Of a stretch of 28,133 nucleotides of DNA, positions 1-11,095 are shown piece after piece. This stretch comes from Vitrella brassicaformis CCMP3155 (taxonomy: Eukaryota > Protista > Chromerida), in NCBI GenBank assembly GCA_001179505.1, contig CDMY01000713.1, positions 1 through 28,133 on the forward strand. The letters run 5' to 3'. Below the pieces are notes generated by a model. It made no database searches. It was not told where the DNA came from and worked only from the letters and a program-made list of their open reading frames with translations. Positions within the stretch are counted from its first letter, which is position 1; each line of letters opens with the position of its first letter. The position numbers and the translations under genes are program-made.

Positions 1-334
1 GGCATCATGAAGGGTGGTCAACACAGATCTCACTTCGGTGATGGCTGATAAGATCGTGTCTCCTCAGAATGCTTTCCTTGTCTTTCCTTGTCTTCTCCTC
101 TCTCCACCCGTTACACAGCAATATACCCTAGCTCACAAGCTCGCAGTGGTTCGTCTTGTCAAGCTGGCAGTCCTGACAGTATTCCTCCTTTCCGAGCTCC
201 GTTCGCGAAACCCTAGCGAAACCTGTAAATTGTCTGGCCGTGTCCCAGCCGTAACGGCTTCCCAGGGGTCCCAATGGCAACGGAGTAGCGTACGGATTCT
301 CCAATCACTCGATTGATTTCCTTTGTTGAAGACG

Positions 335-962
335 ATGAAGCTCCTGTGCCTCATCGGCGTGCTGCTGCTGGTCACGATGGCCGCCGCCTGTCCCGAGGAT
401 GCACAGGCCAAGGCCACCGCCACAGAGGCTGGTAAGTGCTAAGGGAGGGGACGAACGACGGCACTTCATCTCTCTCCCTGTGCTGCGTCCTTCGTCAGGT
501 AACCGTGCATCCCCATCCCTCCGTGGCGAGCAACTCGACCCCTGCTGCGGGGAGGAACCGGATTACTCCAACTGCGACAATGCTCCCGATCCGGTGGCAT
601 GCAGATTCAACTGCGTCTGGAGCGAGCCCTGCCTCATGTACGATGACCCTGATCCTACTCCTACTCCGCCTGACGATGTCTGCCCTTCGGACAGCGAGTG
701 CTGCAGGGAGAGGATCGTCAAAGCGTGGGAGTGGGCGTGTGCTCAGATCTGCAGCAGGGTCACGGACGGGAAGTGCGTTGAGCCGTATACGGTTCGCCCT
801 ATCCCGAATGGCCCCTGCTTTGACAGATGCTACGACGAGCGCAAGACATTGCGGAAGTGCTTCTGCAAAAAGGCAGTTTTAGAAGAAGGGCGGAGGTGTC
901 CGCTTTATGATGGGGACATCGTTGACGGGTGCTGTGAAATGAATCCTGGGATATGCTTTTAA
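335..962 (+). CDS. Secreted cysteine-rich small protein (~186 aa, 2 exons), unknown family
   Basis: Exon 1 335-431 encodes a signal-peptide-like MKLLCLIGVLLLVTMAAACPEDAQ...; intron 432-498 (gtaagt...cgtcag, phase 1) joins in frame to exon 2 499-962 (GNRASPSLRGEQLDPCC...GCCEMNPGICF*). Exon 2 has 20 Cys. The track's 399..962 ORF start lies in a different frame of exon 1 and is not the real start. Confidence 0.8.
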
Positions 963-3773
963 TTAGCCGTAGACAGGGGGGCTTTTTGTGTCAATTTGTT
1001 GCCTTTCTGAGCCTCTGTGAGAGCTGCTATGGGAGCTGGAAGGGTATGTAATCAATGTGATGCGGATGTTCACATCTGTATGTTTCGTGATTCCTGACAC
1101 ATCGTGTGATATCGTGTGAGATAGACAGACAGACCGACAGTCGGGCGGAGGTGTGCGTGTGTCGTCATCAATCACTCCAGTGTATTTGTTGTTTGTTCTG
1201 CTCTCTGACCTGCCCTGCAGCCGTCTGTATTTTTCGTTTCGGTCCTCTCTGTTTGTCTGTGCGTGTTAGATTGTTTTTGCGTCTGAGTAGGTTTTTTTGT
1301 GCACCGTCAGTAGATTTCCGTGTGAGCTAGTTTTTGTGTGCGCACACACACACACACGGACGTACATACATGGGGTCGGTCGATCCGTGCTGTCCTGTGT
1401 GGGGGGTCGTGATGAGGTTCACGCAACACAGGGAGCAGGGAGCAATAGGGCTGAACACAGAGTGCAATTGATGCGCAAAGGACGACACACGGACGAGTCG
1501 CTGTGGCAGGCAATGTACCTGTCACCACGACGAGTGATGTGTGTTGATTCATGTGTGGGGTGCTGCGGGGGTGGCTGAGTGAGTGGGACCACACACACCG
1601 GGTGGAGGGAAGTTTCATCGAGGGACTTTACTTTGGTTTCACATACTGAAAACGAGATTGCTCGCGAAGTGGTAGAATTTGTCATTCAATCAGTCCGACA
1701 GCAGCAAGTCACTCACTCACCGACGGGCAGGAAGACGGGACGGGACGCACGAACAAGACGGCAGGCACACACACACACACACAACCTACGCCACTGACAT
1801 CCACACACACCAGGGAGACAGGCAGGCAGGCAGTCAGTCAGCCAATGGATAGACCCACCAGATCAGTGCAACAAGTAGTGGGTGGCCTCCCTCCCTCCCT
1901 CCCTCACGCAGTCCGTCTGTGTGTGCCTTTGAAACAATCAGCACCAGTGAGTGAGTGACTGAGTGAGTCATCCGAGCGAACGCACCACTAAGAACAGTGC
2001 CAACCGACCTGTCTGTCTGTCTGTCTGGTGTGGTGTGGTGTGCTCAGGACAAATCGACCGTTGTTTGTGCCGTCCATCCATCCATCCATCCACACACAGG
2101 TACGCACCCACCACCCCTCTCTATATGTGACCCCCCGCCCATCCACCACACCATCTCGATGGCCAGCGGAGGTCGGTACAAAAGGGGAGCGGAGGAGAAG
2201 AGATGGAATGGGATGTGCGCATCGGTGGGGGGATGGGATGGGTGTGTGTCGCGTTGCCACTGAGCCCTCCTCAATCGGTAGATAGGCAAAAAAGGGTGAC
2301 GAAATGCCCCCCCCCCTCCCCCCTTCCCCTCCCTCCCTCTCCCTTACTGGGACCAGTGTGTGTCGCTCTCTCGGAAAAACAGTGAAAACCGGTGTGGGTC
2401 ATATAATCGGCTGCAGCCTGTTTATACCAATACCAACAGAAGGCCATGCAATGCCTCCCTCTCCTCTCCTCTCCTCTCTCTCTGTCCCTGTTGTGTGACA
2501 CGCAATCAGCCGGCCGGCCGGGGTGTCGGCCGCGATGATCATTGATTGATTGACTGACACATGGATGGAAGAGATACATACACAGACAGACAACGGAAAA
2601 GGCTCCTTCCTCCGCAAAAAAGGCAGACAAGGGCCGGGCGGACGGAGGGCGACAAAGAAGGACGGCAGGAAGGAAAAAGTGTACCCACCCCAGCCCACCC
2701 CACCCCGCACCACCCAAGCCCGCCCCAATCCCACCCGATCCCATTTGCTGAGCTGACCATTCCGTCTGTGTGTCTGTGTCTGAGTCTGTGTGTGTGTATC
2801 TGTGTAGAAGGATGGATAAGTCAGTCAGCCAGGTATCTATTCTCTGTCTGCCTTGCTGCCCCCCTCCCCTGCCCTCAAATGGGTTCCCCTCCCACCACAA
2901 GCACATACACACACACAGACACACACACACACACACACATATATATATCCCACTATAGACCGCATGCAGTGAGCCGCATATGAGTGAGTGAGTGAGTCCG
3001 TTCCCTCGCGATCTGAGCAAAGAAGAAGAAAGACATGCCCTCCCTCCCTCCCCCCCTCACGCACCTACGAAAACTTGCATCTCTCGTCTCGTCTCTCTCC
3101 ACCCCTCGATCCCTCCCTCCATCCATCCATCCATAAGTGCAACGGAACTATCATTGCAGCTTGCTGACCACCGGACACTCATGCAGCCCTCCAGCCCTCC
3201 AGCTCTCCCACCCTCCCGCCAGCCGGCGCAGGAAGTGCTAGTAGTTGTTAAAAAGAGGAGACGGCAGCTAGAGGGAGGGGGGGAGGGTCGTGGGGCCGAT
3301 CGGTGCTGCCTGCCGGTGGTCTGGCTGAATACCCCATCTCCATTCTCAACCCCACAGACACGCAGAAACTCTCTCTCTCTCTCTCTCTCTCATCCACCGT
3401 CTGTCTGCCTGTCTGGTTTCTATCGAGCCGCGCGCGCCTCCTCGAAAGAGAAAAAGAAGAGGGTGAGGGTCTCGGCCGGCCGACAGAACAGACATATAGA
3501 GAGATCTCGATAGACCGATAGATACGCATATCCTCCGTGTCGCCAAGTCGGCGAGCAACCTCCGATGAGCACACTCACACTCACACACACAGACGCACAC
3601 CAAACCAAACCAGCCAGCCAACAAAACAACTCGCCCACCTCACACATACACACCTGCTTTCAAAAGACCAAACAGAGCGGTCGGTCAGCACACACAAAGG
3701 AAAGGCTCTCCCGCCTGTCTGTCTGTCTGTCTGTCTGCCCGCCCGGCACGGCATCGCCATGCCAGCTAGCAGC

Positions 3774-6700
3774 TCAGAAGTCTTCGTCCTCCTCCTCCTC
3801 CTCCATGAGCTCCCACCACTTGCGCCGCGGCTCCTTGCCGCCCATACCCATACCCACACCACCAACACCGTTGCCCACGGCCGCCGAGGGCGTGGTGCTC
3901 GCAGGCGACATCCGGTCGTCACTCACAGTGGCGCTGTCCACACCGACCAAGGCCATGGTGTTGTCGGCCGCTGACGAGGGAGACGTATCCTCCTGGTCGT
4001 CCTCCTGCCCCTCACCCTCTCCCTCGACCTCCCCGGCTGTTTGCCATGGTGCGATGATGTCGGCATCGCTGGGGCCATCGGTGTTGTCAGGGAGGTCATC
4101 GAGGGGCGGGGGGGCGGAGCGTGTGTCGTCATGACACAGGGAGGAGATGGTGGGAGGGAGATGAGGGTGGGGAGGGGGAGGGGGAGGGGGAGACGTCTTT
4201 GGCTGCTGGTGGATGGGCGATGGAAGGTCCACCAGGTCCTCGGACAGCTGCGGCGACTTCTCGCTCTCCCGCCCGTCGCCGTCCCTATCGACCAGGTCGT
4301 CACTCTCACTCCCCGACATGCCATTAACCCTCTCCACACGCACACCCTTGTTGCTGCCCGCCACGCCCTTGTCGCCAGACGCCGTCTCGGTCGCATAGTC
4401 CGTGTCGGCGTCAGCCACATCAGCCACATTGTCAATGTCTCCCTCGCCCTCGGCATCTGGTGCCGCTCTCCCGCCGTCCTTTGTTCTTGCGGGAGCCTCC
4501 GGAGCGGCCGCGTCGACGCTTGAAGGGGGAATGGGGCATGGGGGCTCTTGGGAGCGGCAGGGGGGTGCCTCTGCTGGCTGAGAGTCGGAGGCGGGAGGGG
4601 GGGCGGGTGACGACGGCTCTTCTGATGGTTGTTGCTCTGGTTCTTCTTCTTGGCTGACCGGCGCTGCCACAGGCTCATTGCTGGTGTGGTTCGGGGTGGG
4701 GGTGGATGTCGCCTCCTCTCGCTCGCACGGTGGCGACGCAGAAGCAGACGGAGCAGCAGCAGCCTGGTCGCCCTCGGCGGCCTCATCGGCCTCAGCGGCC
4801 TCTGATCTCGACACCGATACAGACACCTCCTGTGAGGCCATCACAGCCTCCTGCTGCTGCTGCTCCTGCTCGAGCTGACGCTGCCTGGCCTCCCGCTCCT
4901 CCTTGACGCGCCGCCGGCTGAGCGTCGTCAGCTGGCTGGTGATGCGGGGCGGGATCCGTGGCAGCTCCCTCTTGGGCCGCTTCCTATGGTGGTTCTTGGA
5001 CTTGCTGGTGCCGCTGCCAGTCGCAGGCTCCTGCTCTGCCGGGGGGGATGACGGCGAGGCTTCTGGGGGCGGCGTGCGGCTTGGAACCGAGGTGGGGCTG
5101 TCCTCCTTGTCGCCCTCCACCCCTGTGGGCGACCCCCCGCCCCCGCCCTCCTTGTCGATGGCCTCCAGTGCGTCCAGGAACTTGTTGCTGCGGCCAATGG
5201 GCAGGGTGTACTCGCCCCCTCCCTCCGTGTCGCTGTCGTCGGCGCTCTCAATGCGCGCCGACTCGCCGCTGCGGAACGAGGGCGCGGCCGCGGCGGCCAT
5301 TGACGAGTGGTAGGGCTGGAATGACTGGAGGAAGACGGGGCTGCCCATCCCGAAGGGGCTGCCAAAGTAGGGGTTCTGGCCCTGGTTGAGGAGGTTGTAG
5401 ATGTTCATGGCGCCGAAGTTGCCGAAGTGCGGCTCCTGCGAGTTGATGAGGATCACCTTGGGCTCCCGCAGACGCGAGCCCGCCTCGTCCAGCTGGCTGA
5501 AGGCGCTCTCGGGGGCACACAGTGACGGGTACTCAGCCTGGCAACAGACAGACAAGGCCACATGAGGAACAAACAGATCAACGTTATGTGTGTGGGTGTG
5601 GGTGTGAGTGTTTGCCCCTTCTCTCTCGTCTGTCTCACCTTGAGTTGGCTGATGAGGTGTGGGTTCCACTCGGTGCTGGGCGCAGCGAAGTACTGCGTGC
5701 GAGGGGCCCGGCCGTGGTAGTTGTCGGGGTAGAGCTGGAAGGCCGCCCTGTCCCTCTCCCTGTCGCGGCCCTCCAGATACCGCGGGCCGTTCCAATCGGG
5801 ACCCCAGTGACACAGCTTGGACGGCATGTCGCCGTCCTTTACCCACCTGCACACGACACGCAGAGAGGGAGGGAGGGTGATGGCCCGTGAGTGCTGAGTG
5901 TGTGGGGGGGGGGGGGGGGGNNNNNNNNNNNNNNNNNNNNNNNNNNNNNNNNNNNNNNNNNNNNNNNNNNNNNNNNNNNNNNNNNNNNNNNNNNNNNNNN
6001 NNNNNNNNNNNNNNNNNNNNNNNNNNNNNNNNNNNNNNNNNNNNNNNNNNNNNNNNNNNNNNNNNNNNNNNNNNNNNNNNNNNNNNNNNNNNNNNNNNNN
6101 NNNNNNNNNNNNNNNNNNNNNNNNNNNNNNNNNNNNNNNNNNNNNNNNNNNNNNNNNNNNNNNNNNNNNNNNNNNNNNNNNNNNNNNNNNNNNNNNNNNN
6201 NNNNNNNNNNNNNNNNNNNNGTACCTGCGGATGGTTTCGTTGCATGACGAGTCTTGGAGGTAGTCAATGGTGGATGCGGGCGGGTGGCGGTACTCGGGGT
6301 GGACGCACTCCTTCTTGTGCGAGGCCCAGTGCTCTCGCTGGCACTCACGGCTGCAGTACGTCGCGTAACTGCACACACAATGAGCCAGTCCAATCACAAA
6401 CAATGTCGCGTATCGTTTTCCTTTGTCCTTTTCGCTGATGCTTCTTCTTTTGTCACTTACCGGCAGCCAACGCATCGCATATACCGCTGCTCCTCGCCGC
6501 CCTCCTCCCCCTCCCTCGCACCCGCCACTGGCGGCTCCATGCTCATGCTCATGCTCGAGCTCATGCCCTCGCAATCCCCCGACGCCATGCTCACGGCCGT
6601 GGTGCTCGTGTCCTGCCGGTCCTGGCGGATCTTGGGCGACTCACTCGGCTGTGGTGCACAGCGTGATGATGACGATGTTGGCCCACTGTCGGCCTCATCC

Positions 6701-8359
6701 TCGCCGTCCTGTGATGGTCTCGGCGGCTCCATCTTCCTCAGGTGTGTGAGGAGCTCCTCTGCGATGCCGCTGGGGGTGGAGGAGAGGGAGGAGGGGGTCA
6801 TGCGGGCGAGGTCGGGCCAGTCGAGCAGGGAGCCGGTGACACACGCCTCGACGAGCTTGGAGGCCAGCTCCCGCCTGGCGGCCTCCTCGAGATGCGGCTG
6901 ACCGTCGGCGTAGGCCTTGATGGCCTCCTGCAGCGAGGGGGAGGGAGACGTCGGCGCCGTTGTGGTCTCTGGGAGGGGTATGCGTGGGAAGGGCCTGTTG
7001 GCTCGGTGGTGCGGGCACTTGGGGTTGAAGCACTGCTCGTGGATGTGGGGGTCGGTGACGTAGCTGTCGAGCTCCTGCAGCAGCAGCTGCATCACGCGCA
7101 CGAAGATGTGGTTGGCCACGTGCGGCTCGGCTGATGGACGATGGATGTGAGAGAGACAACATAAGGACATGACAACAGAAGCGTGTGTGGGTGCCTTTGT
7201 GTCGTCCATGTGTGCGCACCATTCTTGCTGAGCTCGACATCGATGCCATCGCCGCACTCGTAGTACTTGTCCAACTTGCGGGGATCGAACACACCTGGCT
7301 CCTGCACTCGAAACACACACACACACACGCACACAGGCGTATTCACGGCCCTATTGCGCCTTCCCCTCCAGCCCCCCCATTGGCTGACCGACCGATGGGC
7401 TGATGTCCTCGGGGTAAAGGGTGAATTTGAAGAGGGACTGGGGGTTGAGTTGAACGAGCAAGGCGGCCCGCTGGAAATAGAGGCGAGTGGACTTCTTGAG
7501 CTTGTCCCACCGCTTCTCGTTGAACATCATCCCGTGCAGACCCGCCGCGCAACACTTGGCCTGCACACAACACATGCAGCACAGCACATCCATCCCCCCA
7601 CTCCCACACACACACACCCACGCCCACTCCCACACCCACCTTGTTAAGGTCGTCCTTGAGTTTGTTCTCGATGACCGCCACGGCCATCTCCTGCTGCCGC
7701 TCCTCAGTGAGCGTCAGCCACCACTGGAACAGAAAGAGCTCCCTGGGGGTCCGGGGGAACGTCCAGGTGTGTCCGAGGAAGCACACACTCTGCTTGAGGT
7801 AGTTGAAGTCGCGGTAGGTGAGGGAGATGAAGACGTGCTCCCACTGGGTGTGTTGGTCGGGCGTGAGGATGTCCTGGTGCTCCTTGTCGTCCCCGCGCTT
7901 GCCCTCGCAGGTCTCCCACAGGAACTGCACGAGCTTGGCCTGCATCCCCGTGTCGCTGCGCAGCTCGGGGCTGTCCTGGAGAAGCCGGAAATAAGAGTAG
8001 CCTGATACAGACAAACACAACACAGCACAGCCCACACACAGCCCACACACACAGTGGCAGGGTGGGTGGGTCTCTGTGTGAGTGATGGGGTCAACTGGCT
8101 TACACATGACTTCCAGCCGTCGGACGTGCTGCTCGAGGACCTTCTCGTTGGCGAACTGTGCCAGCAGTTTCTTCCACGTGAGAGGGTGGAACTCCTTGAC
8201 GAAGCGGAAGCCCGTCTTGAGCCGCTCCAGCTGGTTGCTCGTCAGCTCCGCATTGCTGTAGGGGCGAGATCGGATGAGGGCCGCAGCCGTCGTCGAGTCC
8301 TTCTTGTCCTTGTCCTTGCCCTTGACGCGCTTGCCCTTCTTGCCGCTCGCCAGTGTCAT
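3774..8359 (-). CDS. Large (~1217 aa, 8 exons) protein with a partial MYND-type zinc finger, basic NLS-like segments and a long acidic/Pro-rich disordered C-terminus
   Basis: Exons (minus): 8359-8104, 8001-7640, 7560-7393, 7301-7220, 7130-6461, 6368-6225, 5846-5639, 5537-3774; all GT-AG and phase-consistent, 3654 nt in total. The 6461/6368 junction gives RCVGCRYATYCSRECQREHWASHKKEC (MYND C-terminal signature YCSxxCQxxHWxxHKxxC). N-terminal KKGKRVKGKDKDKK. The N-gap lies inside an intron; an extra in-phase exon in the gap cannot be excluded. Confidence 0.8.
5921..6220. other. Assembly gap (300 N) inside an intron of the MYND-domain gene
   Basis: N run next to a 17-nt G homopolymer (5904-5920); the flanking donor (6224) and acceptor (5847) join in phase. 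Confidence 0.95.
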
Positions 8360-8750
8360 CCTCAGTCAGTTGACTTGAGTCACTGCCTCCTCAGACAGAG
8401 AAGAAGAGCTGGTGGCACGTGGTGGTTCTGGTGTGTCCTGGTCGGTGTGGGGATGTATGAAAATGGCGGCGGATGTGGCGAAAAGGGGCGGGAGGGGAAG
8501 CACAGCACAGCACAGCAGCTGCTACGGCCCTCTTCACATGAGCTTGGCTTGTTCTGTCCGGAAGTCTCCAAAGGAACCAAGAGGGAACGCTGAGTGCTCG
8601 TTGACGAATCTGCTCGCTTCGAAACGGATGTCTGTCTCACTGCTGATGCTCCAGCTGTCCTGATGACCTTCTTCACCTCCCCATTTCTCAAGCCGCGAGC
8701 TTTGCGAGCTTAGGGAAGGTGGATCGCTGCCGGCAAGGAGCGCAGCAGAG
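8360..8750. promoter_or_regulatory. Probable bidirectional promoter between the MYND-domain gene and the TatA/B gene
   Basis: 391 nt separates the two divergent ATGs, so both promoters and 5' UTRs must lie here; contains AAAATGGCGG (8460-8469; CCGCCATTTT on minus), a YY1-type motif often near eukaryotic start sites. Function not demonstrated. Confidence 0.45.
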
Positions 8751-9561
8751 ATGGCGTCGTGCAGCAACATGGTGTGGATCTGTGTCACATGGATCTGCCT
8801 CTTACTCATCGCCGCACCGGTCCGGTGTTTCGTCCCTCCCGCCTCGGTGCAGTCCCTGCGGAGGAGCGGTGCCTCCCGCACCCCACACATCCGCCCACAC
8901 CCCTCCCCCCTGTTGCCGCCAGCTATAGACGCGCCGCTTTCTGATGAGCTCACAAGGCGCACCGACGGCTCGCCGCTGACGGTGCGTCATGCAGGGTTCT
9001 TTGGGCTGGGTCCAACGGAGATTGTGGTCATCGTCGTGGCGGCAGGTGGGTAAGGTGATATCTTGCACTAACTAGAGAGATGGATGGCGATGGCTGTGGT
9101 CAGCTGATCCGACGCACTGGCTCAGTTGTGATGTGTTTGTGTTGTGTGTGACGTCTTGGCATACAGGTCTGTTGCTTGGCCCTGAGAAGGTGGGCAAGTT
9201 CGCCCGGGACCTTGGCAAGATAGCTGGGGAGCTCAAGGAGGTGCCCAAAGAGTTCCAGCAGGGCATCTCCGATGGCGAGAACGTCGAGGAGGTAACCAAG
9301 AGAGGGAGAGAGGGACCAACCCGCCCATCTGTTAAAACTCGTGTGTGTCAGATGCGCAAGGAGAAGGTGCAGCAGAAGGAGGCGTGGCGGCAGCAGCTGG
9401 CCGAGATGAAGAACGAGGGACAACCGCAGCAGCAGGCAGCTTCCACCACAGCCACCGACGCAGCCAAGCCACCGTCATCCGCCCCAGCCCCCAGCTCACC
9501 ACCTTCGCAGCAGCCAGTGGCTGCCGAGAAGGTCCCGTCAGAGCAACAGAAGACTGCATGA
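8751..9561 (+). CDS. tatA/B: Plastid-targeted twin-arginine translocase subunit, TatA/TatB (Tha4/Hcf106) family (~209 aa, 3 exons)
   Basis: Exons 8751-9045, 9167-9291, 9352-9561. Spliced core FFGLGPTEIVVIVVAAGLLLGPEKVGKFARDLGKIAGELKEVPKEFQQG matches the TatA/B layout (FG.G..E, TM helix, GP hinge, amphipathic helix with ARxLGK). The N-terminus is bipartite: a signal peptide ending ...APVRC, then FVPP (Phe at +1) and an Arg/Ser/Pro-rich transit peptide, typical of complex red-lineage plastids. TatA versus TatB not resolved by eye. Confidence 0.85.
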
Positions 9562-10455
9562 GCCACCACCAGCATTGGGAGCGGCGTTCCATAGAGGGGG
9601 GGTGGTCTGCAAAGGAAGCTTCAGGGGTTTTTCTGTCGGTCGGTCAATGGACTCTCGAATGACTGTTGATTGATTGCGTGACGTGTGCCAGTGGTGTGGG
9701 ATTTTTCTCGTCCTTGTCCTTGTGTGTGTGTGTGTGTGCATGGGCCTTTGAATGAATGAAGCACGGTCAGATTTTTACCGGTGATCGAGTGGTACCAACA
9801 TCGCCCTCTCCAACACCACGCACTTGTCAGCACATGACAGAGCATTCACTCTGTCAGCCCGTCGTGCGATGGGAGTAAACATGGCGGAGAAACTCAAGAT
9901 GACAACGCGCGCAGGAGATTCAGATCCTGTGCAGGTAGGTCATCGACTGCCTTCTTCGCCACGCGCCCTCCAATCGCAACGACACAGCAACAGCAACACC
10001 AGCACCAATCAATCAGGTACATTTCGAGACAGGGGATCCATCGGCGGCCACAGAAAAGGCAGACACAAACCAACCCCCCACACGCAACGCAACACGAGTC
10101 AGCTGGCTGCAGGTACAGCAGGCACACGCGTCAGAAGGGCAGGCAGTCGCGAGTGAGATGGACAGGACAACACACAGCTCGAGTACGCACACAGGGTGCA
10201 GACGCCCTGTGTGTGTGGTCAGCTGCCTGCCTGTCCCGGCCGGCCATTTCGATCGCACAACGCCACGCCACGCCACGACCAGCACCCCGCCACACACATC
10301 CATCCATCCACACGTACCACACTGATAAAGCTCTACACGATCGCCCACCGACTCGGTACGAAACGACTCGACACGACACGACAGGACATCTTGTGCTGTC
10401 TGTCTGAATTACCCGGCCAGTCAGTAAGCCTCATCTTCATCTTCTTCTCGTGCCA

Positions 10456-10485
10456 CGCAACGCAACGCAACGCAACGCAACGCAA
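10456..10485 (+). repeat. (CGCAA)6 pentanucleotide tandem repeat
   Basis: Six perfect CGCAA units, intergenic. Confidence 0.9.
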
Positions 10486-11095
10486 AACCCTCACTACCCT
10501 ACCGTGTGTGGACGGACGTATCTACAGCTAAGCTAGCTTCTCCTGAGATCAATCAATAAAACCCATGGATGGCTGCCCGTTCTCCCGATTCTTTCATCCG
10601 TTCCTCTCTGCCTGGCTGCCTGCCTTAAACACCCTCCCTCCCATTGCTCCCGTGTTATGACTGCGTGTGTGAGTGAGAATGGACGGACGGACGGAAAAAG
10701 AGTGCAGTTAGTTAGTTGCGAGAGGTGCCTACGTAGCAGTAGCTATGGCAGGCTCTCGCTTCCTCCCCTCCCCTCCCCCAGACACGACACAACACACGCA
10801 CACACGCACCCACCAGGCAGGCAGACACGACGGACAGACAGACAGACAGACAGACACACCCACACCGCATTGCACGACACTTATTAAACATCTACACCGA
10901 TCAATCAATCTACATCTCCCTCCGCCTACACTGTGGGGGCAGGGCAGCCTGCAACAACAAAACAAACACAACGACAACAGACACACGAGCGGTGTGTGTG
11001 TGTGTGTGTGTGTGCAGGTGAAGGCATGGGTGCGCTCCTCTCCTCCTCTCTGTCTTGCCTACCTCTCCGTTGGAGTGCCGGTCCGGTCGGTCCGG

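Noticed and set aside
963-3773. Many 60-250 aa ORFs rich in C/V or H/T
   Set aside because: Translations of CA/GT and CAGA microsatellites; no consistent spliced model found.
3774-6574. Long ORFs of 823 and 373 aa and X-filled ORFs crossing the N run
   Set aside because: Artefacts of reading through introns and the gap; the true frame changes at splice sites.
8366-8770. Possible upstream extension of the MYND gene via stop-codon readthrough (in-frame ...SEEAVTQVN-TGA-CTG-AGG-ATG) and ORF 8534..8962
   Set aside because: No donor in the right phase links the upstream ORF to the DTPEPP...QVN segment, and that ORF overlaps the Tat gene start; better explained as 5' UTR/promoter.
9881-10400. Candidate small plus-strand gene (MAEKLKMTTRAGDSDPVQ|gtaggt then VHFETGDP...) and minus-strand micro-exon-like patches
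   Set aside because: Splice-like signals exist on both strands, but no convincing complete model or homology; needs RNA-seq.
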